Assembly: GCA_002269645.1 (NCBI GenBank)
Contig: NIVC01000666.1
Span: forward strand, 1-64,000
Direction: 5' to 3'
DNA: 64,000 bases
Origin: Macrostomum lignano
Lineage: Eukaryota
Part shown: positions 46,590-59,815 of the stretch, piece after piece
How the letters are laid out: each line of letters begins with the position of its first letter
Position numbering within the stretch: the stretch's first letter is position 1
Program-made: the position numbers and the translations under genes
The notes under the pieces: model-generated
Seen by the model: only the letters and a program-made list of their open reading frames with translations
The model's database searches: none
What the model was told of the DNA's origin: nothing

Positions 46590-47410
46590 GTCTGAACTGA
46601 TGATTCTGAACTGATGATTGTGAACTGATGATTCTGAACTGATGATTCTGAACTGGTGATTCTGAACTGATGATTCTGAACTGATGATTCTGAACTGGTG
46701 ATTCTGAACTGATGATTCTGAACTGGTGATTCTGAACTGATGATTCTAAACTGATGATTCTGAACTGATGATTCTGAACTGGTGATTCTGAACTGGTGAT
46801 TCTGAACTGATGATTCTGAACTGATTATTCTGAACTGGTGATTCTGAACTGATGATTCTGAACTGATGATTGTGAACTGATGATTCTGAACTGATGATTG
46901 TGAACTGATGATTGTGAACTGATGATTGTGAACTGATGATTCTGAACTGATGATTGTGAACTGATGATTGTGAACTGATGATTGTGAACTGATGATTCTG
47001 AACTGATGATTCTGAACTGATGATTGTGAACTGATGATTGTGAACTGATGATTGTGAACTGATGATTGTGAACTGATTATTCTGAACTGATGATTGTGAA
47101 CTGATGATTCTGAACTGATGATTGTGAACTGATGATTGTGAACTGATGATTCTGAACTGATGATTGTGAACTGATGATTCTGAACTGATGATTCTGAACT
47201 GATGATTGTGAACTGATTATTCTGAACTGATGATTCTGAACTGATGATTGTGAACTGATGATTGTGAACTGATGATTCTGAACTGATGATTCTGAACTGA
47301 TGATTCTGAACTGATGATTCTGAACTGATGATTGTGAACTGATGATTGTGAATTGATGATTCTGAGCTGATGATTCTGAACTGATGATTCTGAACTGATG
47401 ATTGGCAGTT
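46590..47410. repeat. 14-bp minisatellite TGAACTGATGATT(C/G)
   Basis: About 58 copies. Confidence 0.96.
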
Positions 47411-49399
47411 GATGATTCACAGCAAATGATTTGTGCTTTATCCGTATGAGCACAGGAGCAAGCTCATATCCTTATCAGCTCAAGAAGCCATCCCAGAGAG
47501 GCTGGTATTTACTTGAGAACTGATCCAAGTCCGTCTCCAAACCAGCCCCGAGGATTTGAGTTCACTAGCGGATTTGCACAGAACAACTGAAATAAAAAGT
47601 GCATTCATTGCACCTGCAACACGGCACAGGTGTGTTAGGATAAAAAATGAAATTGGCTTGATCAAAGTGGATCGAGAAGCTTTAAATAGCATCAACAAAG
47701 CTCTTCTAATCCTCACTGTTTGCGTGCTTGAGCAGTTTGGAACAAAACTGCTCTAAGCAGCTTAATTTTTTAACAGTCCTGGCACAAAAGGGCGTCTCTG
47801 CCCTCTCTGGCCTCACAGAACGGCCTCCTGCATTGCTGAAATTTCCTGTCAAACCAGCCTGTAAATCACCTGAGCTACAGGTGACTCTGGCATAGTAACG
47901 ATGAAAATTCTGTCACTTGAAAATCTGCAGAATTTCTTCTTGTCCAGTTAGAATTGAAATTTACACACTTCAAAATGGTCCAATATCCCGACTCGCCAAT
48001 GAAATATTGGACCAGATGTAATTTACGACCGTATTTAGTAGGATTTGGATGCGCCTGCATGTCAGGTTTCATATCAACTAATCCACCTGCTGGTTCACTT
48101 TTGACCTTTCTGATCACTGAAGCATGTAATTTGTCAGAGAGCTTGATCAAGGAGCAGAGCTGCATCGATATATCTGGGTTGAGAGACTTCAACAGAAAAA
48201 AAGGACAGTTTTTCACTAACTGGGCAATTTTGGGCAGCAAGAAGACAAATAATGAATTTTACGAGGTTTTTAGAAAGAAATTAGCAAGCTTATTATCCAA
48301 TTTCCCCCTAGCGAAAATGATGAAAACTCCGAAAGCTGGGATTTCACACTGCAGCAGCTGTCTCTTTTCCCTAAGTATGCTTTTCCCAAAAAATTTCTCA
48401 AAGTTCCGCGACACGCACAGGTTGCTAATGACAACGGACTGGGAGACACAGAAAAGATAAGACCTCATTTTATTTGCTATAGCTGAGCTCGGCCGAGCTT
48501 AAGCACCGCCAGCCAGAGACGCAAAAACTGCTGGAATTGATGCAAATGCCAGCAGACAGGCAAAGGAAGTTGCTAGGGAAAAATGAAACTATTGTTAGCT
48601 ACGCACATATCAGACAGACAGTTTCCGATCGCTGTAGTTGCCGCGTGGGACTTGGCTACAAGCGATCGGCGCAGCTGCTTGCATGTAGCCATCTATCTCG
48701 GTACAGCAATAAGAATTAAGCATGCACGCGGTCTTGAACCAAGGCAGGTCGTGACGGACTTGAGCACCCTCAAGCTCGATTCAAAGGCTGCGTTTCTACT
48801 GTTGTCAAAGAGTAGGCAGGCAAAAAGGTGCATGCAAGGTGACGAGAAGGTCGCGGGACTCGCGAGGCCGCTGTTACACCCCAGTGTGATTGAGTAACTG
48901 TGTAACCATACTATACTCGCTCACTTTAATTCAGTGATTGATTGCTCTGGACAGGTAGGTCCAATTTAACCGATCGAACCACCTTGCACCTGATATACGA
49001 GTTACATTTGCCGATTTATTTTTTTTATTCGTCGCTTATCGTCTTAGGCTTATTAACACTTAGGAAAATTGCAGCGCAAATAAGGACGCTGAACATTCCC
49101 GGAGCCACTTCAATCAGGTTAGGTTAGTCTGTAATCCTTCGCTAGGTTTCAATTTTTCGGGCAATAATTACAAGTGGAAGTGACATTTTGCAAGGGAAGG
49201 CAACGAGAGCCTAGTTTTGCAGCAGCAAGTTGATTTTAAGGCCTGTACCTGTACCCGCATGTTAAAGCCCGTAAATGAATTGCCGACCCCCGTCAGGAAT
49301 ATCCACATGCATTTTCACGAGGACGTGAAGTATGAATGGAGGAGGCGGAGGAGGAAGAGAAACGGAAATAATCAGCTGGAGTGAGTGGAAGTGACTTTT

Positions 49400-49955
49400 A
49401 ACGTTTAGCTGTGTACACTCGCGAGCCAGATAAGGAAAGAGGGTGGGGTTGAACACATCGATTTAACTTTTAGCTGTGTACACTCAAGAGCCAGATAAGG
49501 AAAGAGGGTGGGGTTGAACACATCGATTTAACGTTTAGCTGTGTACACTCGCGAGCCAGATAAGGAAAGAGGGTGGGGTTGAACGCATCGATTTAACGTT
49601 AGCTGTGTACACTCGCGAGCCAGATAAGGAAAGAGGGTGGGGTTGAACGCATCGATTTAACGTTTAGCTGTGTACACTCGCGAGCCAGATAAGAATAGAG
49701 GGTGGGGTTGAACGCATCGATTTAACGTTTAGCTGTGTACACTCAAGAGCCAGATATGGAAAGAGGGTGGGGTTGAACGCATCGATTTAACGTTTAGCTG
49801 TGTACACTCAAGAGCCAGATAAGGAAAGAGGGTGGGGTTGAACGCATCGATTTAACTTTTAGCTGTGTACACTCGCGAGCCAGATAAGGAAAGAGGGTGG
49901 GGTTGAACGCATCGATTTAACTTAGCTGTGTACACTTGCGAGTCCGATAAGGAAA
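49400..49955. repeat. 65-bp tandem repeat, ~8.5 copies
   Basis: ACGTTTAGCTGTGTACACTCGCGAGCCAGATAAGGAAAGAGGGTGGGGTTGAACGCATCGATTTA; no spacers between units. Confidence 0.95.
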
Positions 49956-51002
49956 CACGCATGCAGTTCCTCAACTACTTTGGCGCGCCACCGCTGCTGG
50001 TGCCCCCACGATGGCGTCCCTTACGATAGCGCTCCCCCCTCCCAAGGCGGCGGGCCCTGGTACAATAATTCTACTGACGGATGAAATTTCTCAAGATGAT
50101 TATTTTGCAGCACAGAATGACAGATTCCCATAGCCAGAAAGGTTAATTAAAACAGCGTTAAGCCGACCAGCGAATTCTTTCGAACAAAACAGCAGCATCC
50201 TCTACCTTCAGATTTCAATTATTTCAGAACGTGAATAACGGATTAAGATCATCGTTGACAATATCGACCTTTAAAATTGGAGATCCTCAGAGTTGGACAA
50301 GACAGCCTAGGCAGGAGAGGAAGCCGGTGAAGTGGACCAGAAGAAGAACAGGGAAAGAGCAGGAAAATGCCAATGAGAGCTGCTGCAGCAGGAGTTGGGA
50401 GAATGTCTGATAGGCCTCTAGGCCAATTATCATTAGACATGGCATCCATCCACAGTGACCTGCTGGGTCAGGACAGGATGTACAGGGATATTAAAGCAGC
50501 ACGGAGGGGTTTCCCGGCCTCGAATCGGATAAGGTGATGCTCTCCCTTCGATGGATGCTCTTCCCTAGAAATGCTGCAGCCGAATAACAGACCCCACGCG
50601 AATGCCTCAGCTTGTCCAGCGCAAGAGGAGAACGGAAGCAAAAATTGAGAAAGAGCTGGTACGTGCCTCTCTCAAGTAGCTCGTGTTATTTCAGTATTAG
50701 AAGGAATATAAAGCTGGAAAACTGAGCAGGTGACTCTCGCGGGCAGCGAGGCGTGAGCGGCAAAATTACGGCTTGTTCCTTGTTGCACTTCCGAAAGTCC
50801 TCGAAACTGCGTGGGGCAGCCATGAGCGCGAGCGTCATCGTCATCGAATTTCGTTTTACGTTCAGATTGATAGCAGCTGACAGGTGCCTGCAGATATAAA
50901 AGTACTTATGCTAGTAGCTCATAGTATGGCTGTCTAAATGAGACCTAATTGAGACCTTCATTCGCTTCGTAGCCTAAGTACTTAATTGTAGGGCTACAAA
51001 CG

Positions 51003-51310
51003 CGTTGCAGCCTAGTGGTTAGAGTGTCGGACTGGCAACTTGAAGGTTGGGAGTTCGATTCCCGATCCCACAGAAACAATTTGTGTCCTTTTGAGCAAGA
51101 CACACTTAACTCTGCATTTCTTCAGTTCACCCAGCTGTAAAATGAGTGCCAGCATTAGCTGGAGTAATTGAGGCTGTGTGTGGCGACCCCCCCCCCCAGT
51201 CCTTGGACTGAACAGCCGTACGCAGCCTTCAGCGGCTGAGCTGTCGGTTGCACATCTGCCAATTAAGACAGGTGTAATCAATTGTTTATTATTTTCATTA
51301 TCATTACTTA
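51003..51310 (+). mobile_element. tRNA-derived CORE-type SINE
   Basis: A box GCAGCCTAGTGGTTAGAG and B box GGAGTTCGATTCCC. Then TGTGTCCTTTTGAGCAAGACACACTTAAC...CAGCTGTAAAATGAG, resembling the CORE/MIR central domain (GTGACCTTGGGCAAGTCACTTAAC...CTGTAAAATGGG). (TTA/TCA)-rich tail. Confidence 0.75.
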
Positions 51311-51879
51311 AATGTAAGAAAATCGAATGGCGCATCTTTCATAGCCTGGATAAAGGCAGAAGCGCAATTGTCAACTCTAGTAATTTTAATTGCTACGCCA
51401 GTGCCTCAGGTTGGCGGTTAAATTGAAAGCATATAGAAAGTGCGCTCCTAACAGCTACTTAAACGGACATAGCGAACTAACATGGAACGAAAGCGATAGA
51501 GAAGGCAATACTTGAAAATGCTGCTTGAGACAACACTTACATGCTGTCTTCGCTGTCATATCCCACCAGAAATTGAAGGCATCAAAGGTATGCAAATTTT
51601 ATCCATTTCCAGATTCACGATTTGTACGCAAATTATAACCATGACATACATTTTAACGGTCAGAGCCAATATTTATTTCATATTTGCTCTCCAATATCCA
51701 AAAATGCAAAAGCAAGCCGCAACTGTACAATTAAAATTTAGAGCACTGGCGGAAGAGCATTTGAGAAGTAAGCTGATTTAATTATTGCATAACTAAGTTA
51801 ACCAAAGTGCTGAAGTATTCACTATTGAAAAGGTCCCTTAATGGGTAAGGACTAGGCCGTTAATTTTTTCCTCTGTCCG

Positions 51880-52160
51880 TAAAATGGTCAAACCAATCTG
51901 TAGAATAATCAACCTGTAGAATGGTCAAAACAATCTGTGGAATGGTCAGACCAATCTGTACAATGGTGAAATTAATCTGTAGATGGTCAAACCAATATGC
52001 AGAATGGTCAAAACAATCTAAGTTTTAGATGTTCAATAGGACATTTGAACATCTGTAGTATGGTCAAACCAATCTGCAGAATGGTCAAAACAATCTGTAG
52101 AATGGTCAAACCAATCTGTAGAATGGTCAAACTAATCTGTAGAATAGTCAAAACCAATAT
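51880..52160. repeat. 21-bp minisatellite AATGGTCAAACCAATCTGTAG immediately 3' of the OGFOD1 stop
   Basis: Reverse complement of the 53340-53990 array. Confidence 0.9.
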
Positions 52161-52175
52161 CTCCCCCCCCCTAGT

Positions 52176-55100
52176 TCACTTCCCAGAGTCCGCCGGTTCG
52201 CGGTACAGCGCCCGATAGTCGTAGAACTGCCCGGCGGAGTTGAGCTGGGCGCAGTTGGCATTCAGGTATTTCACAAAGGGCACGGTGTCGAGCTCACGGT
52301 ACACCAAGTTCAGACAGTTGTCCTCGGGCGTCACCGTCACCAGGGGCTCGCCGTCGGTGTCGGCAGTGGATGTGAAATGAGTCTCGCCGCCCATAGTCTC
52401 GCGCCAGCCGGTGCAGCCGCAGTGCCACACAGCGTCGAGAAGGAAGCCGCCGACGCCGTCGCCCTGGCCGCAGTAGTCGCTGTCCCGAACCAGGGTGTAG
52501 CAGCCGCGTCTCCATCGACGAAACTCGCCCTGGCAGACGCCTACAGGAAGTCTGTCGGAATTCTCGGCGACTGCGTCATCTAGTCGACGTCGCTTTGCCG
52601 GGCCAGCGTCGCCGTTATCTTTGTCGCCGTTGGCTTCGTCGCCGTTGGCTTCGTCGGCGTCGGCAACAGCGGAGCTGGCATAGTGCAGCGACAGTCCCGT
52701 CAGGTCGCTGAGGATGACGAGCATGGCGTCAGAGCGGAACAGCCGATCCAACTCGATAATTAGCGGTGCTCGATCGTTAGCGATGACGTCATCAAGCGCA
52801 ATGACGTCATAGCTGCGCTGGGTGAGCGGGCCAACCCGAGTCCATGTGGCGCCGGCCAGCTGATCAATCAACTCGGCCACCAAGGTCTCGTTAAGAAAAT
52901 TATCCAACCGAATCTGCGACTCGTCGCCAAAGCTGGACCGAATTTCAGCCTGAGTCTCCGCGGCCAGGTAAGCGCAGTTGATCCACCGGTAAACCAGGTC
53001 TTCATCTATGGCCAGGGGCGCTTCCAGGTGTGCAAGCGGGCTGGCGGCCGCTTCCTTGGCGTTGGCGTCCTCGGCAATCAGGGCAGCGGCGGCAGGGTCG
53101 CCACGCGGAAAGCGGAACCAGCCGTGCACGGAGAGCCGCACCTGGGATCGAATCGAAGAAAACAAAGGTTAGGATGGCTTTCCCGACTCGATGTTAGCTG
53201 AAGCTGTATGGAAAATGCTATTCTATGCACATAATTTCTCTACGAAGGCGTCTACGAATGCTTTAGGTTGTTAACCCATGGCTGTAGAAGTATTGAGTCT
53301 TCTTGGCATCCGACCATGTTACAGATCCGTTTGAAAATTCACAGATCAGTTTGGACCACTCAACCAACTAGTTAGGCCATTCTGCAGATTCTACAGATTG
53401 GTTTGATCATTCTACAGATTGGTCTGACCATTCTGCAGATGGGTTCGACCATTCTGCAGATTCTTTTGACCATTATGCAGATTGGTTTGACCGTTCTGCA
53501 GATACATAGGTTTAACCATTCTACAGATTGTTTTGGCCAACCTATTCTACAGATTGGTTTGGCCATTCTGCAAATATGTTTGACCACTCTGGATTGGTTT
53601 GGACATTCTGCAGATTGGTTTGGCCATTCTACAGATTGGTTTGGCCATTCTACAGATACCTAGGATTAACCATTATACAGATTTGTTTGACCATCCTATT
53701 TTTCAGATAAAAATTCTACAGATTGGTTTGACCATCCTATTTTACAGATTGGTTTGACCATCCTATTTTACAGATTGGTTTGACCATCCTATTTTAAAGA
53801 TTGGTTTGACCATCCTATTTTACAGATTGGTTTGACCATTCTATTTTACAGATTGGTTTGACCATCCGATTTTACAGATTGGTTTGACCATCCTATTTTA
53901 CAGATTGGTTTGACCATCCTATTTTACAGATTGGTTTGACCATTCTACAGATTGGTCTGAACATTCTGCAGATGGGTTTGGCCATTCAGTAGCATTAGTC
54001 CCTCTACACTGAACAGCAACCCACCTTGTCGATGCTGGTGACCTCGGCCACCTGATGGTAGGACTGTCTGGACACCTCAAAGAACACGAAAGAGTCTCGC
54101 TCAGGCAGCAGCGAGGCTGCCACCTGTTCAGGCGGTCCGCCATCGCCAGACTGCGCCCCCAGCAGCTCCAGAGCTCCGCCATCGCTGTCAGACCATCCGG
54201 AATCGACCAGATACCAGACGAAGGCAACGCGCCTGCCAAGCATTCTATCGTCGTGGCACAGCAGGCAGTCGCCGCGACCGTACCTGGAGCAGGTGACGTC
54301 GATCTCAACGTCACTGAGCTGCAGTCCGATCAGCCGCTGCAGCCAAGGCCGCACTGAGTCCAGCAGGAAGCTGCGAAATTGGCGTAAAATTTTCGGCGCT
54401 CTGGTGGCAGCGTCGGCCAAGTCGCCAGACTGAGCCAGCTGGTGCAGGTCGCTGCTGCGCCGGGTGTAGGCCAGCCGCTCGGCAGCGGAGGCCACGGAGG
54501 TCAGCGCAGACTCGCTGGCCAACAGCCGGCGCAGGCGAGCGCAGACAAATGGCTTACCGTAGAGATCAAAGGCGCCGCCAGGGTCTGAGTAATTAGCAGC
54601 CGCTGAGTAGCGGCTAGAGAAATCGGCTATAAACTCAGGAGAGCTCAGAGCCGGGTTCAAACTGAACTCCAGCAAGTCGAAAAAGGGTTGAGTACAATGA
54701 GATAAAAGTATGCAAAAAGCACTTTTATTAGGAAAAATTCTCGCCTTACTAGGCTGGGAGATCAGCAAGCTTACTTAGGACAAATGTTGAAGAAATTCTA
54801 AAGAAAATTTTTGTTTGATCCGGCGGTTTTAATAATCTTATCCTCAAAAATTGATACCACAGACTACCTCAAAATCTCATAACCTAAAAAGGCTACCTCA
54901 AAATCTCATACCCTAAAAAGACCACCTCAAAATCTCATACCCTAAAAAGACCACCTCAAAATCTCATACCCTAAAAAGACCACCTCAAAATTTCATACCC
55001 TAAAAAGACCACCTCAAAATCTCATACCCTAAAAAGACCACCTCAAAATCTCATACCCTAAAAAGACCACCTCAAAATCTCATACCCTAAAAAGACCACC

Positions 55101-55466
55101 TCAAAATCTCATACCCTAAAAAGACCACCTCAAAATCTCATACCCTAAAAAGACCACCTCAAAATCTCATACCCTAAAAAGACCACCTCAAAATCTCATA
55201 CCCTAAAAAGACCACCTCAAAATCTCATACCCTAAAAAGACCACCTCAAAATCTCATACCCTAAAAAGACCACCTCAAAATCTCATACCCTAAAAAGACC
55301 ACCTCAAAATCTCATACCCTAAAAAGACCACCTCAACATCTCATAACCTAAAAAGGCTACCTTAAAATGTCGTACCGAAGTCTCCTAAGTCTACCACAGA
55401 TCTCATACCCAATCTCACACTCTACCCCTAAAGAAATCCTATTGAAAACACCTGACAGAAAGTCAT
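52176..55466 (-). CDS. OGFOD1: Prolyl 3-hydroxylase OGFOD1/Tpa1 (ribosomal uS12 hydroxylase). Exons 53141-52176 and 54666-54025 are firm; tentative first micro-exon 55466-55452 (MTFCQ)
   Basis: KPFVCARL; DVTCSRYGRGDCLLCHDDRMLGRRVAFVWYLV (HxD); DGGALEL; FFEVSRQSYHQVAEV; RLSVHGWF; C-terminal WINCAYL, GPLTQRSY, LNLVYRE...FVKYLN. With the micro-exon the protein is ~540 aa. The start is tentative because it needs a GAG acceptor. Confidence 0.88.
53340..53990. repeat. 21-26-bp minisatellite CTACAGATTGGTTTGACCATT in the last OGFOD1 intron
   Basis: 21-bp units plus a 26-bp variant block at ~53700-53930. Confidence 0.92.
54860..55380. repeat. 29-bp minisatellite AAAATCTCATACCCTAAAAAGACCACCTC
   Basis: About 17 near-identical copies. 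Confidence 0.96.
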
Positions 55467-56139
55467 GGTAGAGAAAATATACAGCAATTGATTTCCGTCT
55501 CGCCCAGTGCAGAAGTCAGTGTAAAATCGGCACAAACTTTGAGCTGTGCTCACGTCTATTTCCGTAAATTCCAACAAGAGATCACAGCGAATTTACAGTG
55601 AAAAAAGGGACGGACACGGGAGTTGCGGTTATCGTTTTATTTAAATTTCATTTCGAAATAACAGCCACAGATCAACGGCATCGCCTGTGCGAATATTATT
55701 GATAGAAAAGAGAATTTTTTGCTCATCTAAAGTGACTATTCATACTACTTCTAAATATAGTAGGCCGAATGAAATCTAGGCGCAAAAAACATAACACTAC
55801 TCAATGACACTTTGAAAGTCGAAATGTAAATACAGCTCGTGTTATCAAAAGTAGTATAGAAGGGGAATTAACTAAATCTGCTTGAAATATTATCACAAGA
55901 ATATACCTAAACTTTAACTAGAGTAAAACCTCATAAGCTGATTCGAACTACAAAAGTAACCCCAGTGATACACAAGTGCTCAGCACCATGAATATACACA
56001 GGAGAGACAGGAATGTATTGTAAGTAGGATTTTAAGCCATTTCTATTGTAATAATATATGACAGAGTTGCACCAGACACTGATAATGTTTATAATGTACT
56101 ATTTATCAATACATCTGGAACTCGTGGGTCTGGGGAAAG

Positions 56140-59100
56140 CGATGGCCCAGCAACTGAAGATCTAGGAGGCTGGTGCAGCAACTGAGGATCTGGGAGGCTG
56201 GTGGCCCAGCAACTGAAGATCTGAGAGGCTGGCCCAGCAACTGAGGATCTGGGAGGCTGGCCCAGCAACTGAGGATCTGGGTGGCTGGCCCAGCAACTGA
56301 GGATCTGGGAGGCTGGCCCAGCAACTGAGGATCTGGGAGGCTGGGCTAGCAACTGAGGATCTGGGAGGCTGGCCCAGCAACTGAGGATCTGGGAGGCTGG
56401 TGGCCCAGCAACTGAAGATCTGAGAGGCTGGCCCAGCAACGGAGGATCTGGGAGGCTGGCCCAGCAACTGAGGATCTGGGAGGCTGGTGGCCCAGCAACT
56501 GAGGATCTGGGAGGCTGGCCCAGCAACTGAGGATCTGGGAGGCTGGCCCAGCAACTGAAGATCTGGGTGGCTGGCCCAGCAACTGAGGATCTGGGAGGCT
56601 GGCCCAGCAACTGAGGATCTGGGAGGCTGGCCCAGCAACTGAGGATCTGGGAGGCTGGCCCAGCAACTGAGGATCTGGGAGGCTGGCCCAGCAACTGAGG
56701 ATCTGGGAGGCTGGCCCAGCAACTGAGGATCTGGGAGGCTGGTGGCCCAGTAACTGAAGATCTGAGAGGCTGGCCCAGCAACTGAGGATCTGGCAGGCTG
56801 GCCCAGCAACTGAGGATCTGGGAGGCTGGTGGCCCAGCAACTGAATATCTGAGAGGCTGGCCCAGCAACTGAGGATCTGGGAGGCTGGCTCAGCAACTGA
56901 GGATCTGGGAGGCTGGCCCAGCAACTGAAGATCTGGGTGGCTGGCCCAGCAACTGACACTCTGGAAGGCTGGCCCAGCAACTGAGGATCTGGGAGGCTGG
57001 CCCAGCAACTGAGGATCTGGGAGGCTGGCCCAGCAACTGAGGATCTGGGAGGCTGGTGGCCCAGTAACTGAAGATCTGAGAGGCTGGCCCAGCAACTGAG
57101 GATCTGGCAGGCTGGCCCAGCAACTGAGGATCTGGGAGGCTGGTGGCCCAGCAACTGAATATCTGAGAGGCTGGCCCAGCAACTGAAGATCTGGGTGGCT
57201 GGCCCAGCAACTGACACTCTGGAAGGCTGGCCCAGCAACTGAGGATCTGGGAGGCTGGCCCAGCAACTGAGGATCTGGGAGGCTGGCCCAGCAACTGAGG
57301 ATCTGGGAGGCTGGTGGCCCAGTAACTGAAGATCTGAGAGGCTGGCCCAGCAACTGAGGATCTGGCAGGCTGGCCCAGCAACTGAGGATCTGGGAGGCTG
57401 GTGGCCCAGCAACTGAATATCTGAGAGGCTGGCCCAGCAACTGAGGATCTGGGAGGCTGGCTCAGCAACTGAGGATCTGGGAGGCTGGCCCAGCAACTGA
57501 AGATCTGGGTGGCTGGCCCAGCAACTGACACTCTGGAAGGCTGGCCCAGCAACTGAGGATCTGGGAGGCTGGCCCAGCAACTGAGGATCTGGGAGGCTGG
57601 CCCAGCAACTGAGGATCTGGGAGGCTGGCCCAGCAACTGAGGATCTGGGAGGCTGGCCCAGCAACTGAGGATCTGGGAGGCTGGTGCAGCAACGGAGGAT
57701 CTGGGAGGCTGGCTCAGCAACTGAGGATCTGGGAGGCTGGCCCAGCAACTGAGGATCTGGGAGGCTGGTGGCCCAGCAACTGAAGATCTGAGAGACTGGC
57801 CCAGCAACTGAGGATCTGGGAGGCTGGCCCAGCAACTGAGGATCTGGGAGGCTGGTGGCCCAGCAACTGAAGATCTGAGAGGCTGGCCCAGCAACTGAGG
57901 ATCTGGGAGGCTGGCTCAGCAACTGAGGATCTGGGAGGCTGGCCCAGCAACTGAAGATCTTGGTGGCTGGCCCAGCAACTGACACTCTGGAAGGCTGGCC
58001 CAGCAACTGAGGATCTGGGAGGCTGGCCCAGCAACTGAGGATCTGGGAGGCTGGCCCAGCAACTGAGGATTTGGGAGGCTGGCCCAGCAACTGAGGATCT
58101 GGGAGGCTGGCCCAGCAACTGAGGATCCGGGAGGCTGGCCCAGCAACTGAGGATCTGGGAGGCTGGTGCAGCAACGGAGGATCTGGGAGGCTGGCTCAGC
58201 AACTGAAGATCTGAGAGGCTGGCCCAGCAACGGAGGATCTGGCAGGCTGGCTCAGCAACTGAGGATCTGGGAGGCTGGTGGCCCAGCAACTGAGGATCTG
58301 GGAGGCTGCCTCAGCAACTGAGGATCTGGGAGGCTGGCCCAGCAACTGAAGATCTGGGTGGCTGGCCCAGCAACTGACACTCTGGAAGGCTGGCCCAGCA
58401 ACTGAGGATCTGGGAGGCTGGCCCAGCAACTGAGGATCTGGGAGGCTGGCTCAGCAACTGAGGATCTGGGAGGCTGGCCCAGCAACTGAGGATCTGGGAG
58501 GCTGGCCCAGCAACTGAGGATCTAGGAGGCTGGCCTAGCAACTGAGGATCTGGGAGGCTGGCCCAGCAACTGAGGATTTGGGAGGCTGGCCCAGCAAGTG
58601 AGGATCTGGGAGGCTGGCCCAGCAACTGAGGATCTGGGAGGCTGGCCCAGCAACTGAGGATCTGGGAGGCTGGCCCAGCAACTGAGGATCTGGGAGGCTG
58701 GCCCAGCAACTGAGGATCTGGGAGGCTGGCCCAGCAACTGAGGATCTGGGAGGCTGGCCCAGCAACTGAGGATCTGGGAGGCTGGCCCAGCAACTGAGGA
58801 TCTGGGAGGCTGGCCCAGCAACTGAAGATCTGGGTGGCTGGCCCAGCAACTGACACTCTGGAAGGCTGGCCCAGCAACTGAGGATCTGGGAGGCTGGCCC
58901 AGCAACTGAGGATCTGGGAGGCTGGCCCAGCAACTGAGGATTTGGGAGGCTGGCCCAGCAACTGAGGATCTGGGAGGCTGGCCCAGCAACTGAGGATCCG
59001 GGAGGCTGGCCCAGCAACTGAGGATCTGGGAGGCTGGCCCAGCAACTGAGGATCTGGGAGGCTGGTGGCCCAGCAACTGAAGATCTGAGAGGCTGGCCCA

Positions 59101-59815
59101 GCAACTGAGGATCTGGGAGGCTGGCTCAGCAACTGAGGATCTGGGAGGCTGGCCCAGCAACTGAAGATCTGGGTGGCTGGCCCAGCAACTGAGGATCTGG
59201 GAGGCTGGCCCAGCAACTGAGGATCTGGGAGGCTGGCCCAGCAACTGAGGATCTGGGAGGCTGGCCCAGCAACTGAGGATCTGGGAGGCTGGCCCAGCAA
59301 CTGAGGATCTGGGAGGCTGGCCCAGCAACTGAGGATCTGGGAGGCTGGTGGCCCAGTAACTGAAGATCTGAGAGGCTGGCCCAGCAACTGAGGATCTGGC
59401 AGGCTGGCCCAGCAACTGAGGATCTGGGAGGCTGGTGGCCCAGCAACTGAATATCTGAGAGGCTGGCCCAGCAACTGAGGATCTGGGAGGCTGGCTCAGC
59501 AACTGAGGATCTGGGAGGCTGGCCCAGCAACTGAAGATCTGGGTGGCTGGCCCAGCAACTGACACTCTGGAAGGCTGGCCCAGCAACTGAGGATCTGGGA
59601 GGCTGGCCCAGCAACTGAGGATCTGGGAGGCTGGCCCAGCAACTGAGGATCTGGGAGGCTGGCCCAGCAACTGAGGATCTGGGAGGCTGGCCCAGCAACT
59701 GAGGATCTGGGAGGCTGGCCCAGCAACTGAGGATCTGGGAGGCTGGCCCAGCAACTGAGGATCTGGGAGGCTGGCCCAGCAACTTAGGATCTAGGAGGCT
59801 GGCCCAGCAACTGAG
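56140..59815. repeat. 3.7-kb minisatellite, 28/31-bp unit GGCTGG(TGG)CCCAGCAACTGAGGATCTGGGA with higher-order variant blocks
   Basis: Directly visible; source of all ORFs listed at 56-60 kb. Confidence 0.98.

Noticed and set aside
49400-49955. CRISPR-like regular repeat
   Set aside because: Units are head-to-tail with no unique spacers, there are no cas genes, and the context is eukaryotic.
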